Part shown: positions 1 through 9,525 of the stretch, one piece after another
Layout: each line of letters begins with the position of its first letter
Position numbering within the stretch: the stretch's first letter is position 1
Source of the DNA: a bacterium
GTDB taxonomy: Bacteria; SZUA-182; DTGQ01
Assembly (NCBI GenBank): GCA_040752695.1
Contig: JBFMGO010000056.1
Location: 1 to 35,126, forward strand
Direction: 5' to 3'
Length of the DNA stretch: 35,126 nucleotides
Program-made: the position numbers and the translations under genes
Notes under the pieces: generated by a model
Databases searched by the model: none
What the model was told of the DNA's origin: nothing
What the model saw: only the letters and a program-made list of their open reading frames with translations

Positions 1-114
1 AGAGATAAAATATATTTATAATATTTAATTTTTTATTTCTAAATAATCAATAAATGATAATATAAATTATTACTAATAAAATCATTTATACAGAATATCT
101 AAATAATACATTAA

Positions 115-131
115 TAGGCATAATATTTGCA
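115..131 (+). promoter_or_regulatory. Putative sigma-54 (-24/-12) promoter
   Basis: TAGGCATAATATTTGCA has GG at 117-118 and GC at 129-130, the exact GG-N10-GC spacing, with TTGCA at -12. It points into the EPS cluster, and PEP-CTERM/exosortase loci are known to be sigma-54 linked. Confidence 0.55.
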
Positions 132-742
132 AAATAATATTTGATAATTTTGAACAGTAAAAGTTTGACATAGATTCATTCCTCCTTTTGTGGAGGAAAA
201 GGTGGCGAACGGAGCGTCAAGCAATCGAAAAAGGCATCTTTTTCTCAATAATCGCTACTATAAATAAAATATATATTTAATTATATTATTAACTTATTAA
301 TTTATTTTTTTATATTTATAAAATAATATTATTGATTAGCAATAGATTCCAAAAACCTTTGTAGTCTAGGAGGCGAAGCTATGTCTTTTATCAGTAAGGA
401 GAACCTCAATGGATATTGACGTAAAATCATGGCTATTTTCCTTCAGGTGACGATTTGTGCTTTACAACGAAGACTTGTCGTAAATAACTGATAATCTGAG
501 TTATGACTCCATCAAGAGGAATTTTGTCCGGCAGTGTTGATGACCGGGAAAGAACCAAAGACAGGCAGCAGTTTGATAATATTAGCTTTAGCTAAATCGA
601 TTCATCCAATTACTGGAAAGATTTTTAAATCGAAATTAATCCCTCCTCTTTTTCCTGAAATATCGATTGTTGTCTGTGTTGTTTGTATAGGTAGCACGGT
701 AAGTATTCGTATGCCTTTGTTATCATGTTGAAGGGGTAGGCT

Positions 743-2092
743 ATGATAGATTACATGAAAAGGCATTTTTGCAGAATTCTTTTTTTGATGTCTTCGATTG
801 ATTTTTTAATATTGCTTCTTGTTGCAACCTTAGCATTAAGGGCAACCGGTAAGGTGGCCCCTTCGATCTTTTCATTCATCTTGATTAGCCAAATATTTCT
901 CTTTATTAATGATCTTTATCTTTTCAAAAAAAAATATCAAATAAAGAAAATGGTATACAAGTGCATTTCTTCTTTTGCCTGTGTTTCGGTAGGGTACTAT
1001 ATTTTATTTATACATCGCCTGCCATACCTTGATTGTTTTTTTATCTCGATCATTGCCTGTCTTTTAATCCTGGTTTGGAGATTTATATTTTATAATATTA
1101 TTATTAAAATAGACCTTCGTCATAGGATTTTATTTCTTGGGATTGATGAAGTCAGTAAAATGGTCGTTAATGAAATTTTAAGCGATGACCATCCTAAGTT
1201 TAAAGTTGTTGGATTTATAGCCAATGACCCCTCTCTCGTCGGGAAGGAAATAGTAAACTCCAGGATCCTGGGTCTGGCAAAAGACCTCGATTCTATCATA
1301 GGAAAAGAAAAAGTGACAAAGCTTATTGTCTCCTATCCTCAGGGCAGGGGAAATCTCCCTTCGGACGACCTTCTTAATTGCAAGTTCAAAGGTGTTGAAA
1401 TTGTAGAGTTACACACATTCTATGAAAGTTTTAAGGGGGGGATTTTAATTACCGGTTTGAGATCAAGTTGGTTAATATTTTCAGATGGGTTTAAGAAGAC
1501 AAGGCTCGTTATGATGTGGAAGAGGATTTTTGACATTATATTCTCGATTATTGGTTTACTGCTGACGTTGCCAATTTCGATAATCACTGGCCTGCTCATC
1601 AAATGGGAATCACCAGGGCCGGTAATCTATAAGCAAGAGAGAGTCGGTGAAAACGGTCGCGTCTTTATCCTGTATAAATTTAGATCCATGAGGAATGACG
1701 CCGAGAAGTTCAGCGGGCCAAAATGGGCTGAAGAGAACGATCCTCGGATAACCCGCGTTGGGAAATTTATCCGTATGGTGCGAATAGACGAAATACCGCA
1801 AATGATCAATGTCTTGAAAGGGGATATGAGCTTTATTGGTCCTCGCCCCGAGCGTCCTTTTTTTGTGCGAGAGTTAAGCCGGTTGATTTCATACTATGGC
1901 CAAAGGCATTCTATTAAACCGGGTATAACAGGATGGGCTGCTGTTAATTACCGGTATGGATCCTCGATAGAAGATGCCAGGGAAAAACTCCAGTATGATT
2001 TTTATTATATTAAGAATATGTCTATTTTCCTGGACTTGTTAATTATTTTAAAGACGATTCCTATAATCCTGGGGAGAAAGGGTGCACGGTAG
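743..2092 (+). CDS. Priming polyprenyl-phosphate glycosylphosphotransferase (WcaJ/WbaP-like, PEP-CTERM/exosortase-system sugar transferase)
   Basis: N-terminal TM helices, a Rossmann-like middle (ILFLG...VVGFI) and a C-terminal Bac_transf domain with KRIFDI, KFRSM and DPRITRVGKFIR..RIDEIPQ.INVLKGDMSFIGPRPER. Confidence 0.95.
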   Translation: MIDYMKRHFCRILFLMSSIDFLILLLVATLALRATGKVAPSIFSFILISQIFLFINDLYLFKKKYQIKKMVYKCISSFACVSVGYYILFIHRLPYLDCFFISIIACLLILVWRFIFYNIIIKIDLRHRILFLGIDEVSKMVVNEILSDDHPKFKVVGFIANDPSLVGKEIVNSRILGLAKDLDSIIGKEKVTKLIVSYPQGRGNLPSDDLLNCKFKGVEIVELHTFYESFKGGILITGLRSSWLIFSDGFKKTRLVMMWKRIFDIIFSIIGLLLTLPISIITGLLIKWESPGPVIYKQERVGENGRVFILYKFRSMRNDAEKFSGPKWAEENDPRITRVGKFIRMVRIDEIPQMINVLKGDMSFIGPRPERPFFVRELSRLISYYGQRHSIKPGITGWAAVNYRYGSSIEDAREKLQYDFYYIKNMSIFLDLLIILKTIPIILGRKGAR

Positions 2093-2205
2093 TCTTTGCG
2101 CCATACTTTTCCAGGCTGATAAAACCGATGGTGCATCGTATCATAGTGAATCTTTAGAATGGCCGCCAAGACAGATTCTTAACGGTGAGCGGCAGGTGGA
2201 AAAAG

Positions 2206-3036
2206 ATGAGTTTTAAAACATACCTATTGATATTTCTTACGCTTTTACTCATAGCAGCAGGAAAAATACAAAATGTGAATGCTGAAGACAGCTACAGGAT
2301 CGGAGCAGAAGATGTCTTATTTATTTCCGTCTGGGGAAATGAACAACTGACTAGGGAAGTTTTGGTACGGCCTGATGGCAAGATCTCGTTCCCTCTGGTA
2401 GATGATTTGCCGGTAGCCGGATTAACCTGTATGGAGGTCAAGGAGCTCATTACCAAAAAGCTCACTCCGTATATCCAGGTTATGTATCAGGTAACGGTAA
2501 TCTTACAAAGTATCAACAGCTATAAGGTCTATGTCATGGGTGCAGTGAAGTCGCCGGGGGCGGTGACTCTAAGAAGAAAAACTACGCTTTTGCATCTTTT
2601 GGCCATGGTTGGAGGCGATCAATTTTCTGAAAATGCAGACTTTGGGAAGTCTTACGTCTTAAGGGATGGAAAACAATTACCGGTAGCGTTCGAAAAATTG
2701 ATCGAGAAGGGCGATGTTAAGCAGGACATTGAGCTGCTTCCCAATGATTTTATTTACATACACGATAACTTTGATAAACGGATTTCGATTATAGGAGAAG
2801 TGGCAATCCCGAAAACAATGACCTTTAAAGACGGAATGACTATTCTTGACGCTCTCTTGATAGCCGGAGGCCCTACCCAGAGTGCACATTTAAATGGAAC
2901 CAGAGTTGTAAGAAGAGGAAAAGAGGATGTATCCATAGATGTTAGGTTAAAGGACTTGTTAAAAAAAGGCAAATTGGAATACAACCTGAAACTTCAACCA
3001 AAAGATTTGATCATTGTACCGGCCAGCTTTTTATAA
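2206..3036 (+). CDS. Polysaccharide export protein (OPX/Wza family; Poly_export plus two SLBB domains)
   Basis: YRIGAEDVLFISVW, VRPDGKISFPLV and AGLT motifs, plus SLBB repeats (VYVMGAVKSPG, ISIIGEVAIP). The ATG at 2206 after AGGTGG is preferred over the GTG at 2185. Signal-peptide-like N-terminus. Confidence 0.9.
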   Translation: MSFKTYLLIFLTLLLIAAGKIQNVNAEDSYRIGAEDVLFISVWGNEQLTREVLVRPDGKISFPLVDDLPVAGLTCMEVKELITKKLTPYIQVMYQVTVILQSINSYKVYVMGAVKSPGAVTLRRKTTLLHLLAMVGGDQFSENADFGKSYVLRDGKQLPVAFEKLIEKGDVKQDIELLPNDFIYIHDNFDKRISIIGEVAIPKTMTFKDGMTILDALLIAGGPTQSAHLNGTRVVRRGKEDVSIDVRLKDLLKKGKLEYNLKLQPKDLIIVPASFL

Positions 3037-3077
3037 AAAGAACGATGCACAGAGCAAAAGGTCCTTTGTGAAATAAA

Positions 3078-4655
3078 ATGATGGATATTAAAAAGCAAAA
3101 GAAACTGAGTATCTTCGGCTACGTATATAAGATTTACCGGGGGAAATACCTCTTTTTCGCTATTTTTACTTCAGTGACCCTGATACTCATTTCGTATAGC
3201 TACTTAGCGGGAAAAAAGTATGAGGCATCTTCCTTAATACTCTTTGAAGAGGAAAAAGTCGCCAACCCTTTGGAGCGGATAAGGCCAAAACAACAAGGTG
3301 CGGAGAAAATGACTGAAAAATTAAAAACGATCAGGCAAATTCTCTTGAGCAGAAGTAAGTTATTGGAGGTTATAAAGAAATTAGATCTCGACTTAAAGGT
3401 AAAAGATCCGCTCGAAATGGAAAAATTAATAGAAGATACGAAAAAGGCTGTAGAAATAACGATGGCAAGCGAGAGCCTTTTTCTTATCTCTTATGAAGGT
3501 GATGATCCCCATAAGGTGAGGGATTTTACCAATATGCTTTGTCAACTTTTTGTTGAAGAGAATATGGAAAGGCTGAGAGGTACGGCGAACGACGCTTTTT
3601 CTTTTATAGAAGGCCAACTGGCAGTCTATAAAAAGAAACTCGAAGAATCGGAAAATTCTTTACGGCTATTCAAGGAAAATAATATCGGACAAATGCCGGG
3701 AGAAGAAAATGCCAATCTCGGCAGGTTGGAGAATTACCGGAACCTGTTAACACAGGCTGAGATCGATCTTAAGGAAGCAACATTACAAAAATCCATCCTT
3801 GAGGAACAACTACTAAAGGAAAAGCCACTCATTGTAGCTTTCTCTTCCAGGAATGCTGATTCTTCTCTGGAAGCTCAACTTGCCAAATTGGAGGTTCAAC
3901 TCAGTTTTTTACTGACCAGCTACACCGATAAGTATCCGGAGGTTATCAGGGTAAAGGGCCAGATCGAGGAGATCAAAAAGGGGATTTTGAAGGAAAAGGA
4001 AAAGACTCAAGGTGAGAGTGAAGAGGATAAAGGGAGTGAGGAAACGATGCAAACTGAGGCTATAAACCCCAGTTACCAAAAGATAAAAGATGATTTAAGC
4101 CAGACAAACACCCGGATAAGCACGCTCCAGCTACGGTTGTCGGATTATGAACAGAAAATAGCGCAGTATCAACAGAAAGTCCAGAGTATACCGGAGGGAG
4201 AGCAAAAACTGGCTCAACTGAAGAGAGATTATGAGGTTAATAATCAGATTTATCAGACCCTCCTCAATAAACTGGAAGAGGCAAGAATCGCCAAGGAGCT
4301 TGAAATGAAAGAAAAGAGTATTAATTTTCAAATCATTGACCCTGCTCAACTGCCTCTTAAGCCAAGTAAACCGGACAAACCGAAGTTCATTCTGCTTGGT
4401 TTGGCTGCCGGTCTTAGCGCAGCTCTGGCGATCTTCTACTTACTCTATTACCTTGATAATCCAATTGTTGATCTGGAAGATGCCAAAAACTATTTTAACT
4501 ACCCTGTCCTGGTAACGATACCTCCCCTTATCTCCGAGGAAGAAAGAAAGAGGGAAAGAAGATCCAACTGGATCTTAGCTGCGGTGACAGGGATATTCTT
4601 TGCTGCCACCCTGGCATTGTTGATCGTCGAGGTTATAAACAGGTACATGATTTAA
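3078..4655 (+). CDS. Polysaccharide co-polymerase / chain-length determinant (Wzc N-terminal-like, GumC family)
   Basis: N-terminal TM, long coiled coil, YTDKYPEV motif, F.IIDPA.LP.KP..P motif and C-terminal TM segments. Confidence 0.92.
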   Translation: MMDIKKQKKLSIFGYVYKIYRGKYLFFAIFTSVTLILISYSYLAGKKYEASSLILFEEEKVANPLERIRPKQQGAEKMTEKLKTIRQILLSRSKLLEVIKKLDLDLKVKDPLEMEKLIEDTKKAVEITMASESLFLISYEGDDPHKVRDFTNMLCQLFVEENMERLRGTANDAFSFIEGQLAVYKKKLEESENSLRLFKENNIGQMPGEENANLGRLENYRNLLTQAEIDLKEATLQKSILEEQLLKEKPLIVAFSSRNADSSLEAQLAKLEVQLSFLLTSYTDKYPEVIRVKGQIEEIKKGILKEKEKTQGESEEDKGSEETMQTEAINPSYQKIKDDLSQTNTRISTLQLRLSDYEQKIAQYQQKVQSIPEGEQKLAQLKRDYEVNNQIYQTLLNKLEEARIAKELEMKEKSINFQIIDPAQLPLKPSKPDKPKFILLGLAAGLSAALAIFYLLYYLDNPIVDLEDAKNYFNYPVLVTIPPLISEEERKRERRSNWILAAVTGIFFAATLALLIVEVINRYMI

Positions 4656-4811
4656 GTGTGTGGCGGGCTTTTCCAGAAATGGAAGACAGGCAAAAGTCGG
4701 CTTCCATGCTCACTCATACGCAATCCGATAACCTGTATGTGATGCACCCTGAATCCCCTTAATTACCTTCCATACTAACTTTTCCAAACCCAAAAATGGA
4801 TCATCGCTACT

Positions 4812-5705
4812 ATGCAGTCTAAAAGACTAAAGTCACGGGAAATACCTCGTAAGAAAAAAAACGGCTTTTTGCAGGCCGGTCAGGTTAAAGACTTGCCATC
4901 TTGGGGAAAAGGTAAAAACCATACTGATGTATCAATCGCTCGCCAGCCGGAAAAGATCCCGGCTTTGCGGAACCTTCCGGCTTACGACAAATCTTTCGTT
5001 GCCCTTACAGAGCCGGATTCCATAGCTGCCGAACAATACAAGGTATTAAGAACCCGCATCTTAAGAGCGGGGAATACCAAAAGAGTTATTCTTGTATCCA
5101 GTGCGGCTCCGAGGGAAGGGAAAACAGTAACAGCCATAAATTTGGCTATTTCAATTGCCCAGGGATTGCATGAGACAACTTTGCTGATAGACGCAGACCT
5201 AAGAAACCCAACCCTGTCTCGCCTGTTCGGGATCGAAGGAGGCGAAGGCAGAGGGGGCTTATCAGGATACTTGACTTCGGGGGGTGATCTTGCTCATTTT
5301 CTCGTGAAAACCCCTGTTCCCAAGGTGAGTTTACTCCCCGCCGGCCCCCCCTCGCCAAATCCGTCGGAATTGTTAGGCTCAAAGCGAATGTCGGATTTGA
5401 TTCAAGAGGTAAAATCCAGGTATGACAACCGCTACATTATCATTGATTCACCACCGTTAATACCGATCACCGATTCCGTTATTCTCTCATCTCTCGCAGA
5501 CGCGGTTATTCTGGTGGCGAAAGCATCGGTTACTCCGCGCGATATCATCGATGAAGCCATCTTGAGAGTGGAGGATAACGACAAAATCATGGGTCTGGTC
5601 TTGACCAATTTTAAGGATCTCAGGCTTAAGCGCTATCAGAACTATGGCAAAGACGTTAAAGGCTCTCAAGACCTTCCTGGTGGCCCGGATGAAGATAAAA
5701 AATGA
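4812..5705 (+). CDS. BY-kinase (CpsD/CapB-type tyrosine autokinase)
   Basis: AEQYKVLRT, Walker A SAAPREGKT, A' LLIDADLR, PNPSELL and Walker B IIIDSPP. It directly follows the co-polymerase. Confidence 0.93.
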   Translation: MQSKRLKSREIPRKKKNGFLQAGQVKDLPSWGKGKNHTDVSIARQPEKIPALRNLPAYDKSFVALTEPDSIAAEQYKVLRTRILRAGNTKRVILVSSAAPREGKTVTAINLAISIAQGLHETTLLIDADLRNPTLSRLFGIEGGEGRGGLSGYLTSGGDLAHFLVKTPVPKVSLLPAGPPSPNPSELLGSKRMSDLIQEVKSRYDNRYIIIDSPPLIPITDSVILSSLADAVILVAKASVTPRDIIDEAILRVEDNDKIMGLVLTNFKDLRLKRYQNYGKDVKGSQDLPGGPDEDKK

Positions 5706-5755
5706 ATGCTTGTTCTTAGCTTACACAGCAGGAGGGGAAAAAGGTCCTTTTACTT

Positions 5756-6769
5756 ATGATGATAACAAATTTACTTACCATTGATGTTGAAGAATGGTTT
5801 CATATCCATGCTTTTAGCCGGGTAATCTCTCCAAAAGACTGGGGAATTTTTGAGACGCGAGTGGAAAGAACCATCTATCGTATTCTCGATCTTTTAGATA
5901 GCGCACCCCTTCCCCTGACTCCCAAAGCCAGGCGGAGGGCAACATTTTTCATTTTAGGGTGGGTAGCAGAGCGTCATCACGCATTAGTGAAGGAAATCCA
6001 CACAAGGGGTCATGAGGTGGCCTGTCACGGGTATAGCCACGCATGCATTTTCAACCAGGAATATGATGAATTCAGGCATGACATAAAGAAAGCGAAAACA
6101 ATTCTGGAAGACATCACCGGAAAAGAGGTGATCGGCTATCGGGCATCAACATTTTCCATAACCCCAAAAACCACCTGGGCTTTAAACATTCTCAGAGAAG
6201 AAGGGTTTCTGTATGACTCCAGTGTATTTCCGATCCGTCACGATTATTACGGCATGCCATCAGCGCCCCGGTTCCCGTTTATCTGGCATGTAGCAGAAAG
6301 TGGTCCTCAAATAAGGGAAATCGACCTGGAAAATATTCCTTCTTTTCTCTGCCGCTCGCCTGAGTATTCTCCCTGCCTGATTGAGTTTCCGATGAGCACG
6401 GCCCTGGTTGCAGGACGGCGCTTCCCGGTTGGTGGCGGAGGGTATTTTCGTCTCTACCCCTATTCTCTTTCAAAGTTTTTATTGCGAAAGATTCATAAAG
6501 AGGGGAAGCCTTTTATATTCTACCTTCATCCCTGGGAAATAGATCCCGGTATCCCAAAGCTTGGTAGTGCCAAAATACTTTCACGGTTGAGAACCTATAT
6601 TAACTTGGAAAAAACAGAAAAGATGTTTCAAGATTTATTATCGGCTTTTCCTTTTTATTCAATCGCTGATTTTATTCATGAACATAAGATTATCAACGAC
6701 AGGCGGATACACCATGAAACAAGTTCTCCTCTCCTTTCCTGCAAAGGAAACCGATCAGGATCAATCTAA
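5756..6769 (+). CDS. Polysaccharide deacetylase (CE4, exosortase-A-system type, DUF3473 C-terminus)
   Basis: LTIDVEEWFH, ATFFILGWVAE, HEVACHGYSH, GYRA, YDSSVFP, GGGYFRLYP and FYLHPWEIDP motifs. Confidence 0.93.
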   Translation: MMITNLLTIDVEEWFHIHAFSRVISPKDWGIFETRVERTIYRILDLLDSAPLPLTPKARRRATFFILGWVAERHHALVKEIHTRGHEVACHGYSHACIFNQEYDEFRHDIKKAKTILEDITGKEVIGYRASTFSITPKTTWALNILREEGFLYDSSVFPIRHDYYGMPSAPRFPFIWHVAESGPQIREIDLENIPSFLCRSPEYSPCLIEFPMSTALVAGRRFPVGGGGYFRLYPYSLSKFLLRKIHKEGKPFIFYLHPWEIDPGIPKLGSAKILSRLRTYINLEKTEKMFQDLLSAFPFYSIADFIHEHKIINDRRIHHETSSPLLSCKGNRSGSI

Positions 6770-7628
6770 AAGTCAAACTATCACCCCTCGTTTCTTAATC
6801 AGTAAAAAAATGCTTCTCCATCTTTCGATTTTTTCACTTGGTGTCGGTATCCTTTACTATTCAGTTTTTAAATCCCTGGTTTATGACTGGCTGCATTTGC
6901 CCGACTTTTCCCATGGATTTCTCGTCCCGATCCTGAGCCTGTTCTTTGTATGGGAACGGAGAGAAGATCTCGCTCAGTTACCTGTTCTGCCCAGGGATTC
7001 GGGACTTATTGTTATCTTTCTGGGCATCATCTTGCTTTTGGCAGGCAATCTGGGGGGTGAGAGCTTTACCATGCGGGTATCTTTCCTGGTCTTTCTCTTC
7101 GGCAGCGTTCTTTTCCTGTTGGGATGGCCGTTTATTCGAAAGCTCCTTTTCCCTCTTGGTTTTTTGCTGTTCATGATCCCCATTCCATCTCTTTTGATGG
7201 GGAAGATCACTTTTCCAATGCAGATTTTTGCCTCCCGGGTAGCGGCCTTTTCCATTGAACACCTTGGAATACCTGTTCTCAGGGAAGGAAATATCATTAT
7301 CCTTGCTCATGCTACGCTGGAGGTCGCTGAAGCGTGCAGCGGTCTTCGGTCTCTCATCTCCCTTCTGGCCTTAGGAACGGTATTTGCCTATTTCACGCAA
7401 AAGGGATTCTGGCAGAGGCTGATACTGGTGCTGTCATGTTTTCCCATTGCTGTTTTCATTAACGCCCTGCGAGTCACTGTGACCGGAGTCCTTGCTCATT
7501 ACTGGGGGAGCGCCGCGGCTGAGGGACTCTTCCATGAATTCATTGGCTTTGGCACCTTTTTCATGGCCTTTGTTCTCCTGTTTGGGTTGAACTGCCTTTT
7601 ATCCAGGATCATCAAGGTACAACACTGA
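6714..7628 (+). CDS. xrt: Exosortase (EpsH family)
   Basis: Multi-TM protein with FSHGFLVP, catalytic Cys in VAEACSGLRSL, Arg in INALRV and His in LFHEFIG. The start is uncertain; ATG 6714 follows AGGCGG. Confidence 0.95.
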   Translation: MKQVLLSFPAKETDQDQSKSQTITPRFLISKKMLLHLSIFSLGVGILYYSVFKSLVYDWLHLPDFSHGFLVPILSLFFVWERREDLAQLPVLPRDSGLIVIFLGIILLLAGNLGGESFTMRVSFLVFLFGSVLFLLGWPFIRKLLFPLGFLLFMIPIPSLLMGKITFPMQIFASRVAAFSIEHLGIPVLREGNIIILAHATLEVAEACSGLRSLISLLALGTVFAYFTQKGFWQRLILVLSCFPIAVFINALRVTVTGVLAHYWGSAAAEGLFHEFIGFGTFFMAFVLLFGLNCLLSRIIKVQH

Positions 7629-7629
7629 T

Positions 7630-8301
7630 ATGTCGAGCGCACAGGTCCGATCCAGCCTTTCTTCCGAGAGGCGCTTTATTATCATACTTGTTCTCGTAGG
7701 GCTTGCAATTATAGCTCGTTACGGTCTTTCCCGGTCGGAAACATCGATCAATCGAAAGCCCCTGACCCGATTTCCTCAGATTATCGAAGATTGGAAAGCC
7801 ATCGATGAGCAATACATAGATAAAAATTCCATGGCTGTCCTCTTGGTGGATGATTACCTCATGCGTACATACATGAACGAAGGATGCCAGACCAGCAGCC
7901 TTTACATTGGTTATTTCAAAACCCAGAGGGAAGGAAAACAGATTCACTCACCCCGCCAATGCCTTCCCGGTGCTGGTTGGACCCTTTTGGAACATACAAA
8001 GTATCAACTGCCTTTGATGCAGCATAATCCTTCCAGGATTCCTGTAAATCTTTACCTCATGAGAAAAGGTTCTGAAAAACTGTCGGTTGTCTGGTGGTAT
8101 CAGGGACGGGGGCGAATTTATAACAATGAATGGCTCAACAAGCTTTATATGACCCTGGACTCGGTCGTAAAAGGCCGGACAGACGGCGCCCTGGTGCGGG
8201 TGATTACGCCGGTTACCTGCTCGGCAGAACAGACAATTGAAGATCAAACCAGGTTTATTAATAACTTTTTTCCATTGCTGAGGGAATACATACCTGATTA
8301 A
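7630..8301 (+). CDS. epsI: EpsI family exosortase-associated protein
   Basis: Single N-terminal TM with LYIGYF..QREGKQIHSPRQCLPGAGW, WWYQGRGR and RTDGALVRV. It begins 1 nt after the exosortase stop. Confidence 0.93.
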   Translation: MSSAQVRSSLSSERRFIIILVLVGLAIIARYGLSRSETSINRKPLTRFPQIIEDWKAIDEQYIDKNSMAVLLVDDYLMRTYMNEGCQTSSLYIGYFKTQREGKQIHSPRQCLPGAGWTLLEHTKYQLPLMQHNPSRIPVNLYLMRKGSEKLSVVWWYQGRGRIYNNEWLNKLYMTLDSVVKGRTDGALVRVITPVTCSAEQTIEDQTRFINNFFPLLREYIPD

Positions 8302-8381
8302 CCTTCATTTCCACAAGGGGCAAGAATATGTGTATGCCTGACTAGGCGCTTAGAATCTTATGAGTGAAACGAGGATAAGGA

Positions 8382-9503
8382 ATGAAAAAAGTTCTTGCAG
8401 TAATAGGTACCCGACCTGAGGCTATCAAAATGGCCCCGGTGATCAAGATCTTGCGTGAGCGACAGAGAACTTTTGAAATACGGGTTTGCGTAACCGGTCA
8501 GCACCGTGAGTTGCTTGACCAGGTTATCCAATATTTACCTATTCTAGTAGACTACGATCTTGATATCATGAGAAAAGGGCAAAATCTCTCCCAACTAACC
8601 GCAATAATTTTAAACAGCTTTCACCGGGTTCTTGAAGATTTTGAACCTCAGATCATCTTAATTCAAGGAGATACAACTACCGCTTTGGTCGGGGCTCTGA
8701 CCGGCTACTATAACCGGATTAAAGTAGGGCATGTTGAAGCAGGCTTGAGAACCCTGCATAAGTACGCTCCTTTTCCTGAAGAGATAAACCGGAGACTGAT
8801 CGGTGTATTGGCTGATTATCATTTCGCCCCTACCGAACGTGCGAAGCAATCTCTCCTTTGTGAAGGGATCGACGAGAAGACTGTCCTCGTTACGGGGAAT
8901 ACGGTCATTGATGCACTGTTTCTCACCATTGAGAAAATTCGTCATTCTCCCCCCCCGATCGGAGAGATCGAATCGGTGATCACCAGCGACAGGAAAATCG
9001 TTTTAATTACCGGGCATCGTCGTGAAAACTTTGGCGAGGGCTTTAGAAACATCTGTGAAGCTATCCAGTTATTGGCTCGAAAGTTTCCGGGCATTGCTTT
9101 CATCTATCCAGTGCATCTCAATCCCAACGTCCAAAAGCCCGTATTTGAGTTCCTCGGCAATCTGGATAATGTTCACTTGATCCCGCCATTAGTATATCCT
9201 GCTTTTGTCCGGCTCATGAACCTTGCCTATATCATAATCACCGATTCAGGCGGCATCCAGGAGGAAGCGCCCTCGCTCGGAAAACCCGTCCTGGTAATGA
9301 GAAACGTAACCGAACGGCCCGAGGCTATTGAAGCAGGTACCACTCGTCTTGTCGGTGTGGACAAGGAAAGCATTGTCAACGAGGTATCCAGACTGTTAGT
9401 CGATCCAGGCATACGAAACGCCATGAGTCATCGTGGTAACCCTTACGGAGACGGAACTGCCGCTGTGAAGATAGCCGATTATTTGGAAAATGTTCTGGAT
9501 TGA
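8382..9503 (+). CDS. wecB: UDP-N-acetylglucosamine 2-epimerase (non-hydrolysing)
   Basis: GTRPEAIKMAP, TGQHRE, QGDTTT, HVEAGLR, PFPEE.NR, HRRENFG, TDSGGIQEEAP and NPYGDG motifs. Confidence 0.97.
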   Translation: MKKVLAVIGTRPEAIKMAPVIKILRERQRTFEIRVCVTGQHRELLDQVIQYLPILVDYDLDIMRKGQNLSQLTAIILNSFHRVLEDFEPQIILIQGDTTTALVGALTGYYNRIKVGHVEAGLRTLHKYAPFPEEINRRLIGVLADYHFAPTERAKQSLLCEGIDEKTVLVTGNTVIDALFLTIEKIRHSPPPIGEIESVITSDRKIVLITGHRRENFGEGFRNICEAIQLLARKFPGIAFIYPVHLNPNVQKPVFEFLGNLDNVHLIPPLVYPAFVRLMNLAYIIITDSGGIQEEAPSLGKPVLVMRNVTERPEAIEAGTTRLVGVDKESIVNEVSRLLVDPGIRNAMSHRGNPYGDGTAAVKIADYLENVLD

Positions 9504-9525
9504 CAGGGAAAGCGGTGATACCAAT

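Noticed and set aside
82..171. Minus-strand 29-aa ORF (MSNFYCSKLSNIILQILCLLMYYLDILYK) with AAGGAGG 9 nt upstream
   Set aside because: The SD is one arm of the 179-198 hairpin and the ORF overlaps the sigma-54 motif in very AT-rich DNA. Probably chance, though not excluded.
160..560. Possible c-di-GMP riboswitch or ops element in the EPS leader
   Set aside because: No GEMM-type consensus or GGCGGTAG motif could be found by eye.
534..731. 65-aa ORF upstream of the sugar transferase
   Set aside because: No recognisable motif and a weak start context, so it cannot be supported as a gene.
7626..7632. Stop readthrough fusing exosortase and EpsI
   Set aside because: TGA-T-ATG puts EpsI in another frame and EpsI has its own start and TM. 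Split forms are common.
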